Positions 55,112-64,000 of a stretch of DNA of 64,000 nt are shown here, piece after piece. The number at the start of each line of letters is the position of its first letter. Positions within the stretch are counted from its first letter, which is position 1. Both the position numbers and the translations under genes were made by a program. The DNA is from Rhodoferax sp. (GTDB taxonomy: Bacteria > Pseudomonadota > Gammaproteobacteria > Burkholderiales > Burkholderiaceae_C), in contig JBKJOV010000041.1 in assembly GCA_046595515.1 (NCBI GenBank), forward strand, positions 3,039-67,038. The letters run 5' to 3'. Below the pieces are notes generated by a model. That model did not search any database. It saw only the letters and a list, made by a program, of their open reading frames with translations, and was not told the origin of the DNA.

Positions 55112-56098
55112 TCAAATTCGGGCAGTGGCGTGTGAGGCCAGCCAAACGCGCGCGTTATCGCAGTCTCGGCGTATTCCCAGGGTGAGGGATTCGAGACCGT
55201 CGTATTTGAGTTCGTCGTGCAGTTTGTGTAGCAGTTCCACCCGAATGATTTTACCGTAGGCCCCCTCGGGGCCCAGTTCGGCAGGCCAGTCCAGACAATG
55301 CGTCTCAAGCAATACGCGCCCACCATTCACATCCGTGGGGTCCAACGAGGGGCGCACCCCCAAGTTGGCTACGCCGGCAATGGGCTTATCCGCCAGGCCA
55401 TGCACCAACACGACAAAAATACCGCTGGCGGCAGGCTTCCAGTGGGCAAACCTGAGGTTGAGTGTTTTAAACCCCAACGTACGCCCCAGTTTGCGCCCGT
55501 GCACCACATGGCCGCTGATGCAATACGGCCGACCCAGCAGGCGCGCGGCGTCCTGCATGCGCCCTTGACCCAGGGCTTCACGCACTGCCGAACTGCTCAC
55601 CCGCAGGCCATGCACCTCGTAGCTGTTCATACGGGCCACATCAAAGCCTTGGGCGTCACCCGCGGCGTCCAAGAGAGCGTAATCGCCCGCACGCTGTTTG
55701 CCAAACCGGAAGTCGTCACCCACCAGCACGTAGCGCGCACCCAAGCCCTGGACCAACACATTTGTAATGAAGTCTTGCGGAGATAAGCCCGCCAGCGCGG
55801 CATTAAAAGGCAAGACGACAGTTTGGGCTATGCCGCACTTAGCCAAATCGCTCAATTTATCCCGCAAAGTACCCACCCTGGCCGGGGCCAGCTCCGGCTT
55901 GTGGTGCAGTTGGGCAAAGTAGTCGCGCGGGTGCGGCTCAAACGTCAGCGCCACGCTGGCCACGCCGCGTTGCTGCGCTTCGCTATTGAGCAAGGCCAGC
56001 ATGGCTTGGTGGCCACGGTGTACGCCATCAAAATTACCAATCGTGATGGCACTGGCCGGGGCAATACCCGGATGCTGGAGACCGCGGAAAACCTTCAT
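55112..56098 (-). CDS. ribF: bifunctional riboflavin kinase / FAD synthetase
   Basis: GNFDGVHRGHQ, and a C-terminal riboflavin kinase domain (GRKLGRTLGFKTLN). The start is taken at MKVFRGL (ATG 56098). Confidence 0.9.
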   Translation of the reverse strand: MKVFRGLQHPGIAPASAITIGNFDGVHRGHQAMLALLNSEAQQRGVASVALTFEPHPRDYFAQLHHKPELAPARVGTLRDKLSDLAKCGIAQTVVLPFNAALAGLSPQDFITNVLVQGLGARYVLVGDDFRFGKQRAGDYALLDAAGDAQGFDVARMNSYEVHGLRVSSSAVREALGQGRMQDAARLLGRPYCISGHVVHGRKLGRTLGFKTLNLRFAHWKPAASGIFVVLVHGLADKPIAGVANLGVRPSLDPTDVNGGRVLLETHCLDWPAELGPEGAYGKIIRVELLHKLHDELKYDGLESLTLGIRRDCDNARVWLASHATARI

Positions 56099-56274
56099 GA
56101 GTTTGTTATCTTTTTGATAGCAGGCCGCGCACAGGCGGTCCGGGCTTGAAGTCGATTTGACATAGAAACAGGTTATATTGTCACCTAGCAAGGCGCCTGG
56201 CGAAAACACGGCGTGCTCAAGCGGAAGAATGCATTTCTAGTGTGGTGGTTTTTAACCGGTACAGGAGGCGTCTT

Positions 56275-56832
56275 TTGAAAGTCTTGAAATTGTCGGCCCA
56301 GGGGCTGCCCCAATCGTGGATATCGCTGGAACAAGCGGTGACGCACTACGCCGCAGACGAGGTGCGTTGGGAGTCGGGCGGCCAGGTGGCGGTGTTTCAT
56401 GGTGGCCACAATGCCGTGACGGGCCTGCAATCCATCATTCGGGTCAACAGCATCATCGGTACCAAGGGTGTGCCCAGCATCAACCCGTATTCCATGCGCC
56501 CGGGCCTAACCAATGGCAAACTTTTTATCCGCGACCGCAATGTGTGCGCCTACTGCGGTGGCCATTTCCACGAGGAAGACCTGACCCGCGAACACATCAT
56601 CCCCTTCGCCCAAAAAGGCATTGATACGTGGATGAATGTGGTGACCGCCTGCAAACCTTGCAACCACCGCAAAAGCCACCGAACCCCTGAGCAGGCCCGC
56701 ATGCCATTGCTGTATGCGCCTTACGTGCCTAGCCTGTGGGAGGACTTCATCTTGCGAAACCGCCGCATCTTGGCCGACCAGATGGAATTTTTGATGGCCC
56801 ATGTGCCCAAATCTTCGCGCCTGCTCATTTGA
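56275..56832 (+). CDS. HNH endonuclease-domain protein
   Basis: CAYCGGHF..LTREHIIPFAQKG...NVVTACKPCNHRK. A TTG at 56275 follows an aggagg RBS by 6 nt; GTG 56242 is the ORF-track start. Confidence 0.7.
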   Translation: MKVLKLSAQGLPQSWISLEQAVTHYAADEVRWESGGQVAVFHGGHNAVTGLQSIIRVNSIIGTKGVPSINPYSMRPGLTNGKLFIRDRNVCAYCGGHFHEEDLTREHIIPFAQKGIDTWMNVVTACKPCNHRKSHRTPEQARMPLLYAPYVPSLWEDFILRNRRILADQMEFLMAHVPKSSRLLI

Positions 56833-56847
56833 ACCATTGCTGCATTC

Positions 56848-57312
56848 ATGACCCCTGTACTTGCCGATTTAGGCGCCCTACAACGTCCTGCCACGGCCAA
56901 ACTCCGCATTGCGCTGATCGCCCATGACAAGAAAAAATCAGCGATCGTTTTACTGGCCCGGGAGTTCGCCGCCTTTTTGGCGCAATGTGAGTTGTGTGCG
57001 ACGGGCACCACCGGCGGTTTGCTGGTTGCTGACGTTGGACTGTGCGTCGAACGCTTGCTGAGCGGCCCCCTGGGGGGCGATCTGCAAATTGGCGCGCGCC
57101 TATCGCAGGGTGACGTTGATGCCGTGATATTTTTGCGTGATCCCATGACTGCGCAGCCCCATGAACCAGACATCAACGCGCTGGTGCGCGCTTGTGATGT
57201 TCACGATGTGCCGTGTGCAACCAATCTGTCCACGGCGCGGTTTGTGCTCAGTCAGCTGGCAAATTTACAACCCCTTACACTTGCCTCCCATCAAAACCGT
57301 ATGAATGTGTAA
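56848..57312 (+). CDS. mgsA: methylglyoxal synthase
   Basis: [21 protein letters not shown] and [22 protein letters not shown]. Confidence 0.88.
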   Translation: MTPVLADLGALQRPATAKLRIALIAHDKKKSAIVLLAREFAAFLAQCELCATGTTGGLLVADVGLCVERLLSGPLGGDLQIGARLSQGDVDAVIFLRDPMTAQPHEPDINALVRACDVHDVPCATNLSTARFVLSQLANLQPLTLASHQNRMNV

Positions 57313-57415
57313 AAGTTGTCATGGTGTCGGTCCTGCAACAGGACCAGATTCACCACAATGCGGTTGTAAGCTCTCTTCTTTTCGTCCTGTACCAAACTGT
57401 GGGTGCTTTGGTTAA

Positions 57416-59773
57416 ATGACCCTGTCCAGCAAGTACTCTGAATTGTCGGCCACCATGCCACTGCGTACCGCCCATGAGCAGTACGGCCAATCGCTGCGCA
57501 TTGCACGCAAGCTGGTTACGCAAACTCTGGGCTTTTTCTCTCAGCACGAAGATGAGGTGGTGCAGCGTTTGCGTGCCCATTTGATGGACTTGGTCGACGC
57601 GCGGCCACCCATCGCCCAAGGACAGAATTGGCGTTCCATTCACGCCATGCTGGGGAAGTTTGGCGGCGCGTTCAACCACTCCCTGCAGTCGGCGTTGTCC
57701 GATGAGCTTTCGGACGCACTTGCCACCGCTTTACCTGACCCGCGCAAGCTCGGACAGCGCAATGGCGTTGACGCCGGGCAGGCCGCAGTGAGCTTAAGTT
57801 TGATTGATATCGGTGATGTCGAGCGCATTTTGATGCTTGACCGGGTGGCCCAGCGCTTTTGCAACCGCTATGAGTCGGGGCTACAACCGTTGTCACACCG
57901 TCTGGGTCAGCTGCTTGGCAAAGAAAATATGTCCGGTGCGGACAATCCGTTTCACCCGCTGGTGTTGCTGCGTGCATTTGTGCGCGCCTGGGACATCAGT
58001 GAACTGGATTCCCAAGCCACCGAGGATTTCGCGGCAGCGTTGGCGCCCCTCAGTTTTCCAGATTTGGCGCCCCTGTACGACGAGTTGAATACATCACTCG
58101 CGAAGTCTGGTTTTTCGGCTGAACGGAATCTGGTGATCCGACGCACGCTGGGCGGCACTACCGCGGCAGGCGTATGGGCAGCCAACTCGCAACCCGCACC
58201 TTTGACCGCAGCGAGCGGACCTGCAGCGCTCAGTGGACAAAGCGGTCCAGGCGCTCTAACTGCACGAAGCTCCACGTTAGCCGCGCTGGAAGGTGCTCCG
58301 CGCTCCGCCTGGGCTGCTATGGAGCCTGCGCGGCGCACCGTGGCTGCGCATGCGCGCCAATTTTTGCAGCGCATAGGCTTGCAAACTGGCCGTTCACCAA
58401 ACGATAACCCCGATTCTGAGTTGGCAACCCGGCCGACATTGGACGCAGCCGACCCGGCGCTGTTGGGCTTCCTGGGCCATTTGCAGGTCGGAGCAGGAGA
58501 GGCCTTTAACCAGCCCATGTCGGACTGGCATGACCCGTCGGATCCCAATCTACTGCGCCAAATGCGCAACCGCGAAGAAATTCGCAGAGCGCCCGAGTTG
58601 GACCGTGGCACGGTAGATGCGCTGGCAGAGGTGTTTGACTTCGTGTTTGCCGACCAAGCGATCCCGGCACAAATGAAAGTCATTATTGGGCGTTTGCAGG
58701 TGCCCGTGCTTAAAGCGGCCATGATTGACCGAGATTTCTTTTTGTCCGACCAACACCCAGCCCGCCGCTTGGTGGACACCTTGGCGGGTGCCTCCGTGGC
58801 CTGGGCTCCCGAGAAGGGCGAAGGCGACCCTCTGTATGTGCGCATCGAGTCTACGGTGCAGCGCGTATTGACGGAGTTTGAAGACGACCTCGAGCTGTTC
58901 GCAGATTTACTGCGCGACTTCACTGAGTTTTTATTCGAGTCTGAACAGCAGGTTCAAAGCCGCGTAGAACCTGCAGCGCAGGCAGAACACCAGGTTGAAT
59001 CCGAGGAACACGCCCGCGCACAGGCCGATGAGCTGATCCACAAACATCTTAGTGAGCGCGACGTCAATCGCCCGTTAGGGCCATTTTTACTGCCATTTTT
59101 GACCAATGAGTGGCGCGATGTGATTGCCCATGCGCTGCAATTCCAAGACAACAGCGAAGCTGCCGTGGAGCGGGCCGTGAAGACTATGGACTTGCTGATC
59201 TGGTCGACAGAGCCGAAAACTACTTCAGACGAGCGCAAAGAGCTGGTGGTTGTACTGCCAGACTTGGTACATCAGCTTAATGCTGGGTTGGATGCGATTG
59301 CCTGGGATGGTGCACCCCGCGCAACGTTCACGCGCCGCCTGATCAATACGCATACCTTGGCTATTCGTATGAAGAAGCCCGCTGCGCCAGACAGTCAGGC
59401 GGCCGCTCTGGAGTCGCGCCAGGGTGAAGAGGCGATCAAGCAACTCGACGAACGGCGCGCCGCGCGGCAAGCGCTGGAAGACGACGATTTGCTGGAATCA
59501 CCGGTCTGCGATTTCAAACGCGGCATGTGGTTTGATGTTGAAATTGAGGCTGGCACCCGTGTTCGGTGCCGACTTAGTTGGGTCAGCCCTATGCGCACCC
59601 GCTTGTTATTTACCAATCGGGATGGGTTTGATGCGTTTGTACGTTCCGAGCGTGAGGCCAACGCCATGTTGCGCAACGGCCGCATGAGCATGCTGGATCA
59701 CGCGCCAATTGTGGGCCGCGCGCTGGATCAATTGCTGCAAGCCTCGGAGGAACCCCAACTGGCCGCTGCATGA
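57416..59773 (+). CDS. large conserved protein of unknown function (DUF1631-like)
   Basis: A 785-aa ORF with good coding periodicity. The family name is from memory of similar about 750-aa beta/gammaproteobacterial proteins. Confidence 0.5.
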   Translation: MTLSSKYSELSATMPLRTAHEQYGQSLRIARKLVTQTLGFFSQHEDEVVQRLRAHLMDLVDARPPIAQGQNWRSIHAMLGKFGGAFNHSLQSALSDELSDALATALPDPRKLGQRNGVDAGQAAVSLSLIDIGDVERILMLDRVAQRFCNRYESGLQPLSHRLGQLLGKENMSGADNPFHPLVLLRAFVRAWDISELDSQATEDFAAALAPLSFPDLAPLYDELNTSLAKSGFSAERNLVIRRTLGGTTAAGVWAANSQPAPLTAASGPAALSGQSGPGALTARSSTLAALEGAPRSAWAAMEPARRTVAAHARQFLQRIGLQTGRSPNDNPDSELATRPTLDAADPALLGFLGHLQVGAGEAFNQPMSDWHDPSDPNLLRQMRNREEIRRAPELDRGTVDALAEVFDFVFADQAIPAQMKVIIGRLQVPVLKAAMIDRDFFLSDQHPARRLVDTLAGASVAWAPEKGEGDPLYVRIESTVQRVLTEFEDDLELFADLLRDFTEFLFESEQQVQSRVEPAAQAEHQVESEEHARAQADELIHKHLSERDVNRPLGPFLLPFLTNEWRDVIAHALQFQDNSEAAVERAVKTMDLLIWSTEPKTTSDERKELVVVLPDLVHQLNAGLDAIAWDGAPRATFTRRLINTHTLAIRMKKPAAPDSQAAALESRQGEEAIKQLDERRAARQALEDDDLLESPVCDFKRGMWFDVEIEAGTRVRCRLSWVSPMRTRLLFTNRDGFDAFVRSEREANAMLRNGRMSMLDHAPIVGRALDQLLQASEEPQLAAA

Positions 59774-59810
59774 GGTGCAGTGCCAGTGGGATGTTTGCGC
59801 TGACCGGTGC

Positions 59811-60926
59811 TCAGGCAAAAACGCCAGCGGTGTCCGTCATACGGTTGGACACTTCGCCCAAATGGTGCAGACTGTCACCAAATGTCATTTCCAATTGCGT
59901 GAGCTTCTTGAAGTAATGGCTGACGATGTATTCATCTGTCACGCCAATGCCACCATGCAGTTGCACCGCCTGCTGACCGATGAAGCGCATGCTAGTGCCC
60001 AACTGGTACTTGGCCCGTGCCAGCGCAGCGCGGCGCTCGTTGGCTGGGGAGTTCAGTTTGAGTGACGCGTAGTAGCTCATGCTACGGGCTAACTCCAATT
60101 GCATCTTCATATCAGCCGCGCGGTGGCGCAGCGCCTGAAAGCTGCTGATGGCTACGCCAAACTGTTTGCGCGTATTCATGTACTCCGCAGTGATGGCCAG
60201 TGTCTTGTCCATCACGCCAACGGCCTCGGCGCAGACACAGGCAATGCCAATGTCCACGGCATGTTCCAGTGCGGTGGTCCCGTTCGTGGTCAGTAAAGTG
60301 GCGGGTGCGTTTTTGAAACTTATTTCGGCAGCACGGCCACCGTCTTGGGTGCCATAGCCCCGAGCGCTGACACCGGCGGACGCACGTTCGACGATGAACA
60401 AGCCCAATTGGCTATTGACTCGTGCAGGCACCAGATAGGCATCCGCGTGGTCTCCCACCGGCACGATGCTCTTGATGCCGTTGATTACGTAGCCGCCCGG
60501 CGCTTGCGTGGCCTTGGTGTCACACACATCCGTCTTGTAGCGCGCACCGCGCTCTTGGTAGGCCAGCACCACGAGACGCTCCCCACTGCAAACAGACGGC
60601 AACCACTGCGCCTTGGTCGCAGCGTCGGCATATCCGGCAATCACGGCGCCGGCTATCAGTGCCTGGGCCAGCGGCTCCATCACGATGCCGCGCCCTAGCT
60701 CTTCCATCACCACCATCCCTTCCACCGGGCCCATGCCTAAGCCGCCGTCGTCTTCGGGTACGTACAGTCCTGTGAGCCCCAGGTCTGCCAACTCCTGAAA
60801 AGCCGCCCGGTCAAAGCCACCAGCCGCTTCAATGGCACGGCGGCGCTCAAAGGTGTAGGCCTTATCGACCCATTTACGCACTGCGTCGCCGAGTTGAACT
60901 TGGTCGTCGGAGAAATCGAAATCCAT
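59811..60926 (-). CDS. acyl-CoA dehydrogenase family protein
   Basis: 371 aa. The C-terminus has QLHGGIGVTDEY and the domain order is typical of ACADs. Confidence 0.8.
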   Translation of the reverse strand: MDFDFSDDQVQLGDAVRKWVDKAYTFERRRAIEAAGGFDRAAFQELADLGLTGLYVPEDDGGLGMGPVEGMVVMEELGRGIVMEPLAQALIAGAVIAGYADAATKAQWLPSVCSGERLVVLAYQERGARYKTDVCDTKATQAPGGYVINGIKSIVPVGDHADAYLVPARVNSQLGLFIVERASAGVSARGYGTQDGGRAAEISFKNAPATLLTTNGTTALEHAVDIGIACVCAEAVGVMDKTLAITAEYMNTRKQFGVAISSFQALRHRAADMKMQLELARSMSYYASLKLNSPANERRAALARAKYQLGTSMRFIGQQAVQLHGGIGVTDEYIVSHYFKKLTQLEMTFGDSLHHLGEVSNRMTDTAGVFA

Positions 60927-60950
60927 GGTGTATTCCTAAGTAAGTGACGT

Positions 60951-62156
60951 TTAGCCGAGAACGACCTGCGAGACAATATTGCGTTGCACTTCGTTGCTAC
61001 CACCGTAAATGGTGGTCTTGCGCATATTGAAATAGGTGGACGCTAACGGCGCATTGCCCACCACCCCACCTGGAAATCCTGCCAATGCACCTGCGGTGGC
61101 GTCGCCTTGCCAGCCGGCCTCCATAGCCTCACGGATGAGCGGTATGGCAAAGGGGCCAGCGGCCAGCATCATGAGTTCGGTGTATCGCTGCTGAATTTCA
61201 CTGCCACGAATCTTCAGCAGCCCAGCAATGTCCAGAGACTGCTTGCCTGATTTTTCCGCTGCCAGTACGCGTAGCACCATCATTTCCAGAGCCACCACAT
61301 CCACTTCCAATTTGGCAATCTCGTCCCTGAAGCGGCTGTCTTCCCAAACCCCTTCGGTCTTGGCAATGCGTTTGAGGCGCTCCAACTCGCGCTTGGCGCG
61401 ATTCACATCGGCAATGTTGGTGCGCTCATGGGCCAGCAAATGTTTGGCGTAGTTCCAGCCCTTGTTTTCTTCACCAATCAGGTTCTCAGCCGGCACCTCG
61501 ACGTTGTCAAACCAGACCTCGTTCACCTCATGGCCGCCGTCCAGCATGATGATGGGTCGCACGCTGACGCCAGGGGTCTTCATGTCGATCAAGAGGAAAG
61601 AGATGCCGGTCTGTGGCTTGCCCTCGGAGCTGGTGCGCACCAGGCAGAAAATCCATTCACCGTATTGGCCCAGCGTCGTCCAGGTCTTTTGGCCATTGAC
61701 AATGAACTTGTCGCCCTGGCGTTCGGCTTTGCATTTCAATGACGCCAGGTCCGAGCCGGAGCCTGGCTCGCTGTAGCCCTGGCTCCACCACACATCACCG
61801 CTGGCGATGCCGGGCAAGAAGCGCTTTTGTTGCTCTGCATTGCCAAAAGCCATGATGACCGGCGCCACCATCACGGGGCCAAATGGCACCACGCGCGGTG
61901 CACCGGCCAACGCACATTCTTCTTCAAATAAGTGCTTTTGGATCGAATTCCAGCCTGGCCCGCCAAACTCCTTGGGCCAGGCGTGGCCAAGCCAGCCTTT
62001 GTTGCCCAGAATCTTGGCCCACTCTTGCATGTCGTCACGGCTCAAGTGCAAGGCGTTGTGCACCTTGTGGGCTATGTGGGCGGGCAGGTTTGCCGCCACC
62101 CAGGCGCGAATATCCTGCCGAAATTGCTGCTCTTCTGCGGTGAAAGCTAAATCCAT
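60951..62156 (-). CDS. acyl-CoA dehydrogenase family protein
   Basis: 401 aa. GYSEPGSGSDLASL, and a C-terminal IYGGSNEVQRNI. Confidence 0.85.
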   Translation of the reverse strand: MDLAFTAEEQQFRQDIRAWVAANLPAHIAHKVHNALHLSRDDMQEWAKILGNKGWLGHAWPKEFGGPGWNSIQKHLFEEECALAGAPRVVPFGPVMVAPVIMAFGNAEQQKRFLPGIASGDVWWSQGYSEPGSGSDLASLKCKAERQGDKFIVNGQKTWTTLGQYGEWIFCLVRTSSEGKPQTGISFLLIDMKTPGVSVRPIIMLDGGHEVNEVWFDNVEVPAENLIGEENKGWNYAKHLLAHERTNIADVNRAKRELERLKRIAKTEGVWEDSRFRDEIAKLEVDVVALEMMVLRVLAAEKSGKQSLDIAGLLKIRGSEIQQRYTELMMLAAGPFAIPLIREAMEAGWQGDATAGALAGFPGGVVGNAPLASTYFNMRKTTIYGGSNEVQRNIVSQVVLG

Positions 62157-62210
62157 ACCGGTCTCCTACGTCAAAAAAAGAAATGCTTTGTGCGCTGCGT
62201 TGCACTTGCC

Positions 62211-62927
62211 TCAGGTTTTAGCACGCTCGTTCGTTTGCTGCTGTGAAGAAGGCGACAGTCCCAGTTCTTTGCAAAGGAATTGAACAGTGGCACGCAGTTC
62301 GGTCAGTTCTGCCTCTAGCGCTGCTAGCCTGTGGGCCGTAGTGCCGCCTGTGCCAGCACTTGTACCGGAGCCGCTTTGCAGATCGACCTCGCCACACAGC
62401 AGGTGCGCCCATCGGTGTTCACGAGCGCCGGGGGCCTTGGGTAGTTTGATCGTCAGTGGCCCGCCTTTGTCCAAAGCGCGCTCCTGCAACTCGTCTAGAA
62501 AACCCTCGACCGAAGAGACATCCGCAAATTTATACCAGCGTTCAGCGTTGAGTCGTAGCTCCGCCGACGTCTGCGGCCCACGCAGTACCAGTAGCCCCAG
62601 CAGCACGGCAGACTGCTCCGGCACGCCCACACCCCGCTGAAAATTATGCGTATACCGCCCGGTGCGCCCACCGCTGCTCGGGTGCACTAGGTTACGTGCC
62701 TGAAGGGTATCCAGAGCCTGGGCCACGTCAGCGTCACTCAATTCCATGAGCGGATCGCGGCTGCTTTTTTGGTTGCAGCCCAGAACCAGCGCGTTCAAGG
62801 ACAAGGGATAGCTGTCCGGTACCGTGCGGGCCTTTTCCATCAAGGTCGCGATGACACGGGCTTCGATGGGGGTGAGGGGGGGTGCCGAGTGGTGTTCGGC
62901 CGCAACGGCGTGTGGAGTGTCGGTCAT
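62211..62927 (-). CDS. YceH-like DUF480 protein
   Basis: [44 protein letters not shown] parallels the E. coli YceH N-terminus. The start is taken at MTDTPH (ATG 62927); the ORF-track extension overlaps purN. Confidence 0.75.
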   Translation of the reverse strand: MTDTPHAVAAEHHSAPPLTPIEARVIATLMEKARTVPDSYPLSLNALVLGCNQKSSRDPLMELSDADVAQALDTLQARNLVHPSSGGRTGRYTHNFQRGVGVPEQSAVLLGLLVLRGPQTSAELRLNAERWYKFADVSSVEGFLDELQERALDKGGPLTIKLPKAPGAREHRWAHLLCGEVDLQSGSGTSAGTGGTTAHRLAALEAELTELRATVQFLCKELGLSPSSQQQTNERAKT

Positions 62928-62987
62928 AGTGTTGCTATTGTCACCACTGCTGGGCGGTTCGGTGAGAGGCCGATAATCGCCCCGACC

Positions 62988-63578
62988 ATGAAGAACATCA
63001 TCATTCTTATCTCCGGCCTTGGCTCTAATATGTCGGCCATCGTACAAGCTGCACAACGCGAACGTTGGAAGCAGCGCCACGGCATTCGCATTGCCGCTGT
63101 AATTAGTAACAAGCCGGATGCGTCTGGCTTGCAGTGGGCGCAGGCCGAGGGCATACCTACCGGGGTGCTGGATCACAAAATATTTGCCACCCGCGAAGCG
63201 TTTGACGCTGCGCTCGCTGCGTTGATCGAGACTTACGGCACGCCCCAAGACCCCTTGCTGGTGGTGCTGGCCGGGTTTATGCGAATTCTGTCGCCTGGTT
63301 TTGTGAACCACTTCACGGGACGGCTGGTAAATATCCACCCCTCGTTGCTACCGGCCTTTGCAGGCCTGCACACGCACCGCCGGGCCATGGAAGCTGGCTG
63401 CCAGTTTGCTGGAGCTACAGTGCATTTGGTGACGCCTGCGTTGGACCACGGTCCTATCCTGGCGCAGGCGGTCGTGCCGGTGCTAAGGGGTGATACCCCA
63501 GAGACCTTAGCGGCGCGCGTGTTGTCCCAGGAGCACCGCATTTACCCTCGCGCCATTTTAAATTTGCTATTGAAATAA
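62988..63578 (+). CDS. purN: phosphoribosylglycinamide formyltransferase
   Basis: [19 protein letters not shown] and [14 protein letters not shown]. Confidence 0.9.
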   Translation: MKNIIILISGLGSNMSAIVQAAQRERWKQRHGIRIAAVISNKPDASGLQWAQAEGIPTGVLDHKIFATREAFDAALAALIETYGTPQDPLLVVLAGFMRILSPGFVNHFTGRLVNIHPSLLPAFAGLHTHRRAMEAGCQFAGATVHLVTPALDHGPILAQAVVPVLRGDTPETLAARVLSQEHRIYPRAILNLLLK

Positions 63579-63585
63579 TAGCAAA
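63563..63585. repeat. perfect hairpin copy of the TTTGCTATT...AATAGCAAA motif
   Basis: TTTGCTATTgaaatAATAGCAAA, a 9-bp stem. It overlaps the purN stop codon (aat ttg cta ttg aaa taa). Confidence 0.55.
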
Positions 63586-63617
63586 CTAGTCATTAAATAC
63601 GCGGGCCGGATGAGATT

Positions 63618-63857
63618 TTAGTCGCCAATTTTGGCAAAACGGGGCTGGCGAACGCCGTCAACCACCACGTCCTCCAAAAACATGGCTGCGGGCCGCACCC
63701 AGAGCCCCCGCCCGCCGTAAAGCGCCCGGTACAGCGTGAGCGGTTCCAGCGTCTCGCTGTGGCGCACGGTGCCCTCTACCCGGTACATGCCGCCTTTGTA
63801 ATGCCGGTACTGGCCGGGTGGGGTGGTAATTAATGGGGGGAGTTTTTCATCAGACAT
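63618..63857 (-). CDS. DUF1653-like small protein
   Basis: 79 aa. The YRHYKGGMYRV...LYRALY motif is as I remember for DUF1653. Confidence 0.55.
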   Translation of the reverse strand: MSDEKLPPLITTPPGQYRHYKGGMYRVEGTVRHSETLEPLTLYRALYGGRGLWVRPAAMFLEDVVVDGVRQPRFAKIGD

Positions 63858-64000
63858 GCGACAATGCTACCCCTTTGGCGCAGCACGGGCGGCGCCCCTC
63901 TGCGCAGCCCTGTGCACCCAAAATACTCCCCCCTACTTTCCGCTATGCATCCAAAAGCCCTGTTAGACGTTTGTTCCGAGTTGGTTCGACTGGCCCTGAA

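Noticed and set aside
62928-63338. N-terminal extension of ORF 62211..63338
   Set aside because: It overlaps purN in antisense. The YceH-like similarity only begins at MTDTPH (ATG 62927).
63945-64000. Possible 5' end of a plus-strand CDS (MHPKALLDVCSELVRLAL...)
   Set aside because: Only 18 codons are visible before the window ends, which is too little to support a call or product.
1-64000. CRISPR arrays, reverse transcriptases/retrons, integrases, tRNA and rRNA genes
   Set aside because: No regularly spaced repeat array and no RT (YxDD) or tyrosine/serine recombinase motifs appear in the ORF track. No tRNA-like cloverleaf was found apart from the tmRNA.

Overview
This is a high-GC betaproteobacterial chromosome segment. 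It is probably Burkholderiales/Comamonadaceae, inferred from the tmRNA tag ANDERFALAA and the gyrA / ompA-like / ubiG / gph neighbourhood. All calls rest on reading the ORF track and the raw sequence by eye; no searches were run. About 60 protein genes are densely packed and most are housekeeping: tyrA'-pheA-gyrA, ubiG-gph, ssrA, trpS, ribF-ileS-lspA, mgsA, purN and two acyl-CoA dehydrogenases. Signalling and transport modules include two ECF sigma modules (one next to sorAB sulfite dehydrogenase), a hybrid histidine kinase, an MCP and an EAL-HDOD protein. There is also a HlyD / ABC / 2x FtsX exporter followed by a sigma-54 enhancer-binding regulator and a kinase. The only clearly accessory stretch is about 7.2-12.3 kb, directly behind the tmRNA gene. 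It holds an AT-richer two-gene module (unrecognisable 247-aa protein overlapping a long PIN-domain nuclease), umuDC, and an IS3-family element. The IS sits 28 bp upstream of umuD and abuts a truncated beta-propeller gene. The unknown+PIN pair is my best candidate for something undescribed (atypical toxin-antitoxin or defence module), but this is inference from context and one domain. I saw no CRISPR array, reverse transcriptase, integrase, rRNA or tRNA gene. Other points for a second look: a well-spaced sigma-54 promoter with upstream CGGACA repeats, a signal-less DUF305 protein coupled to a Tat-exported propeller, and a YegP-like tail on TrpRS. There is also an orphan Stealth phosphotransferase, a homopolymer frameshift in a small lipoprotein gene, and a recurrent AT-rich TTGCTATTGAA motif in 3' spacers.
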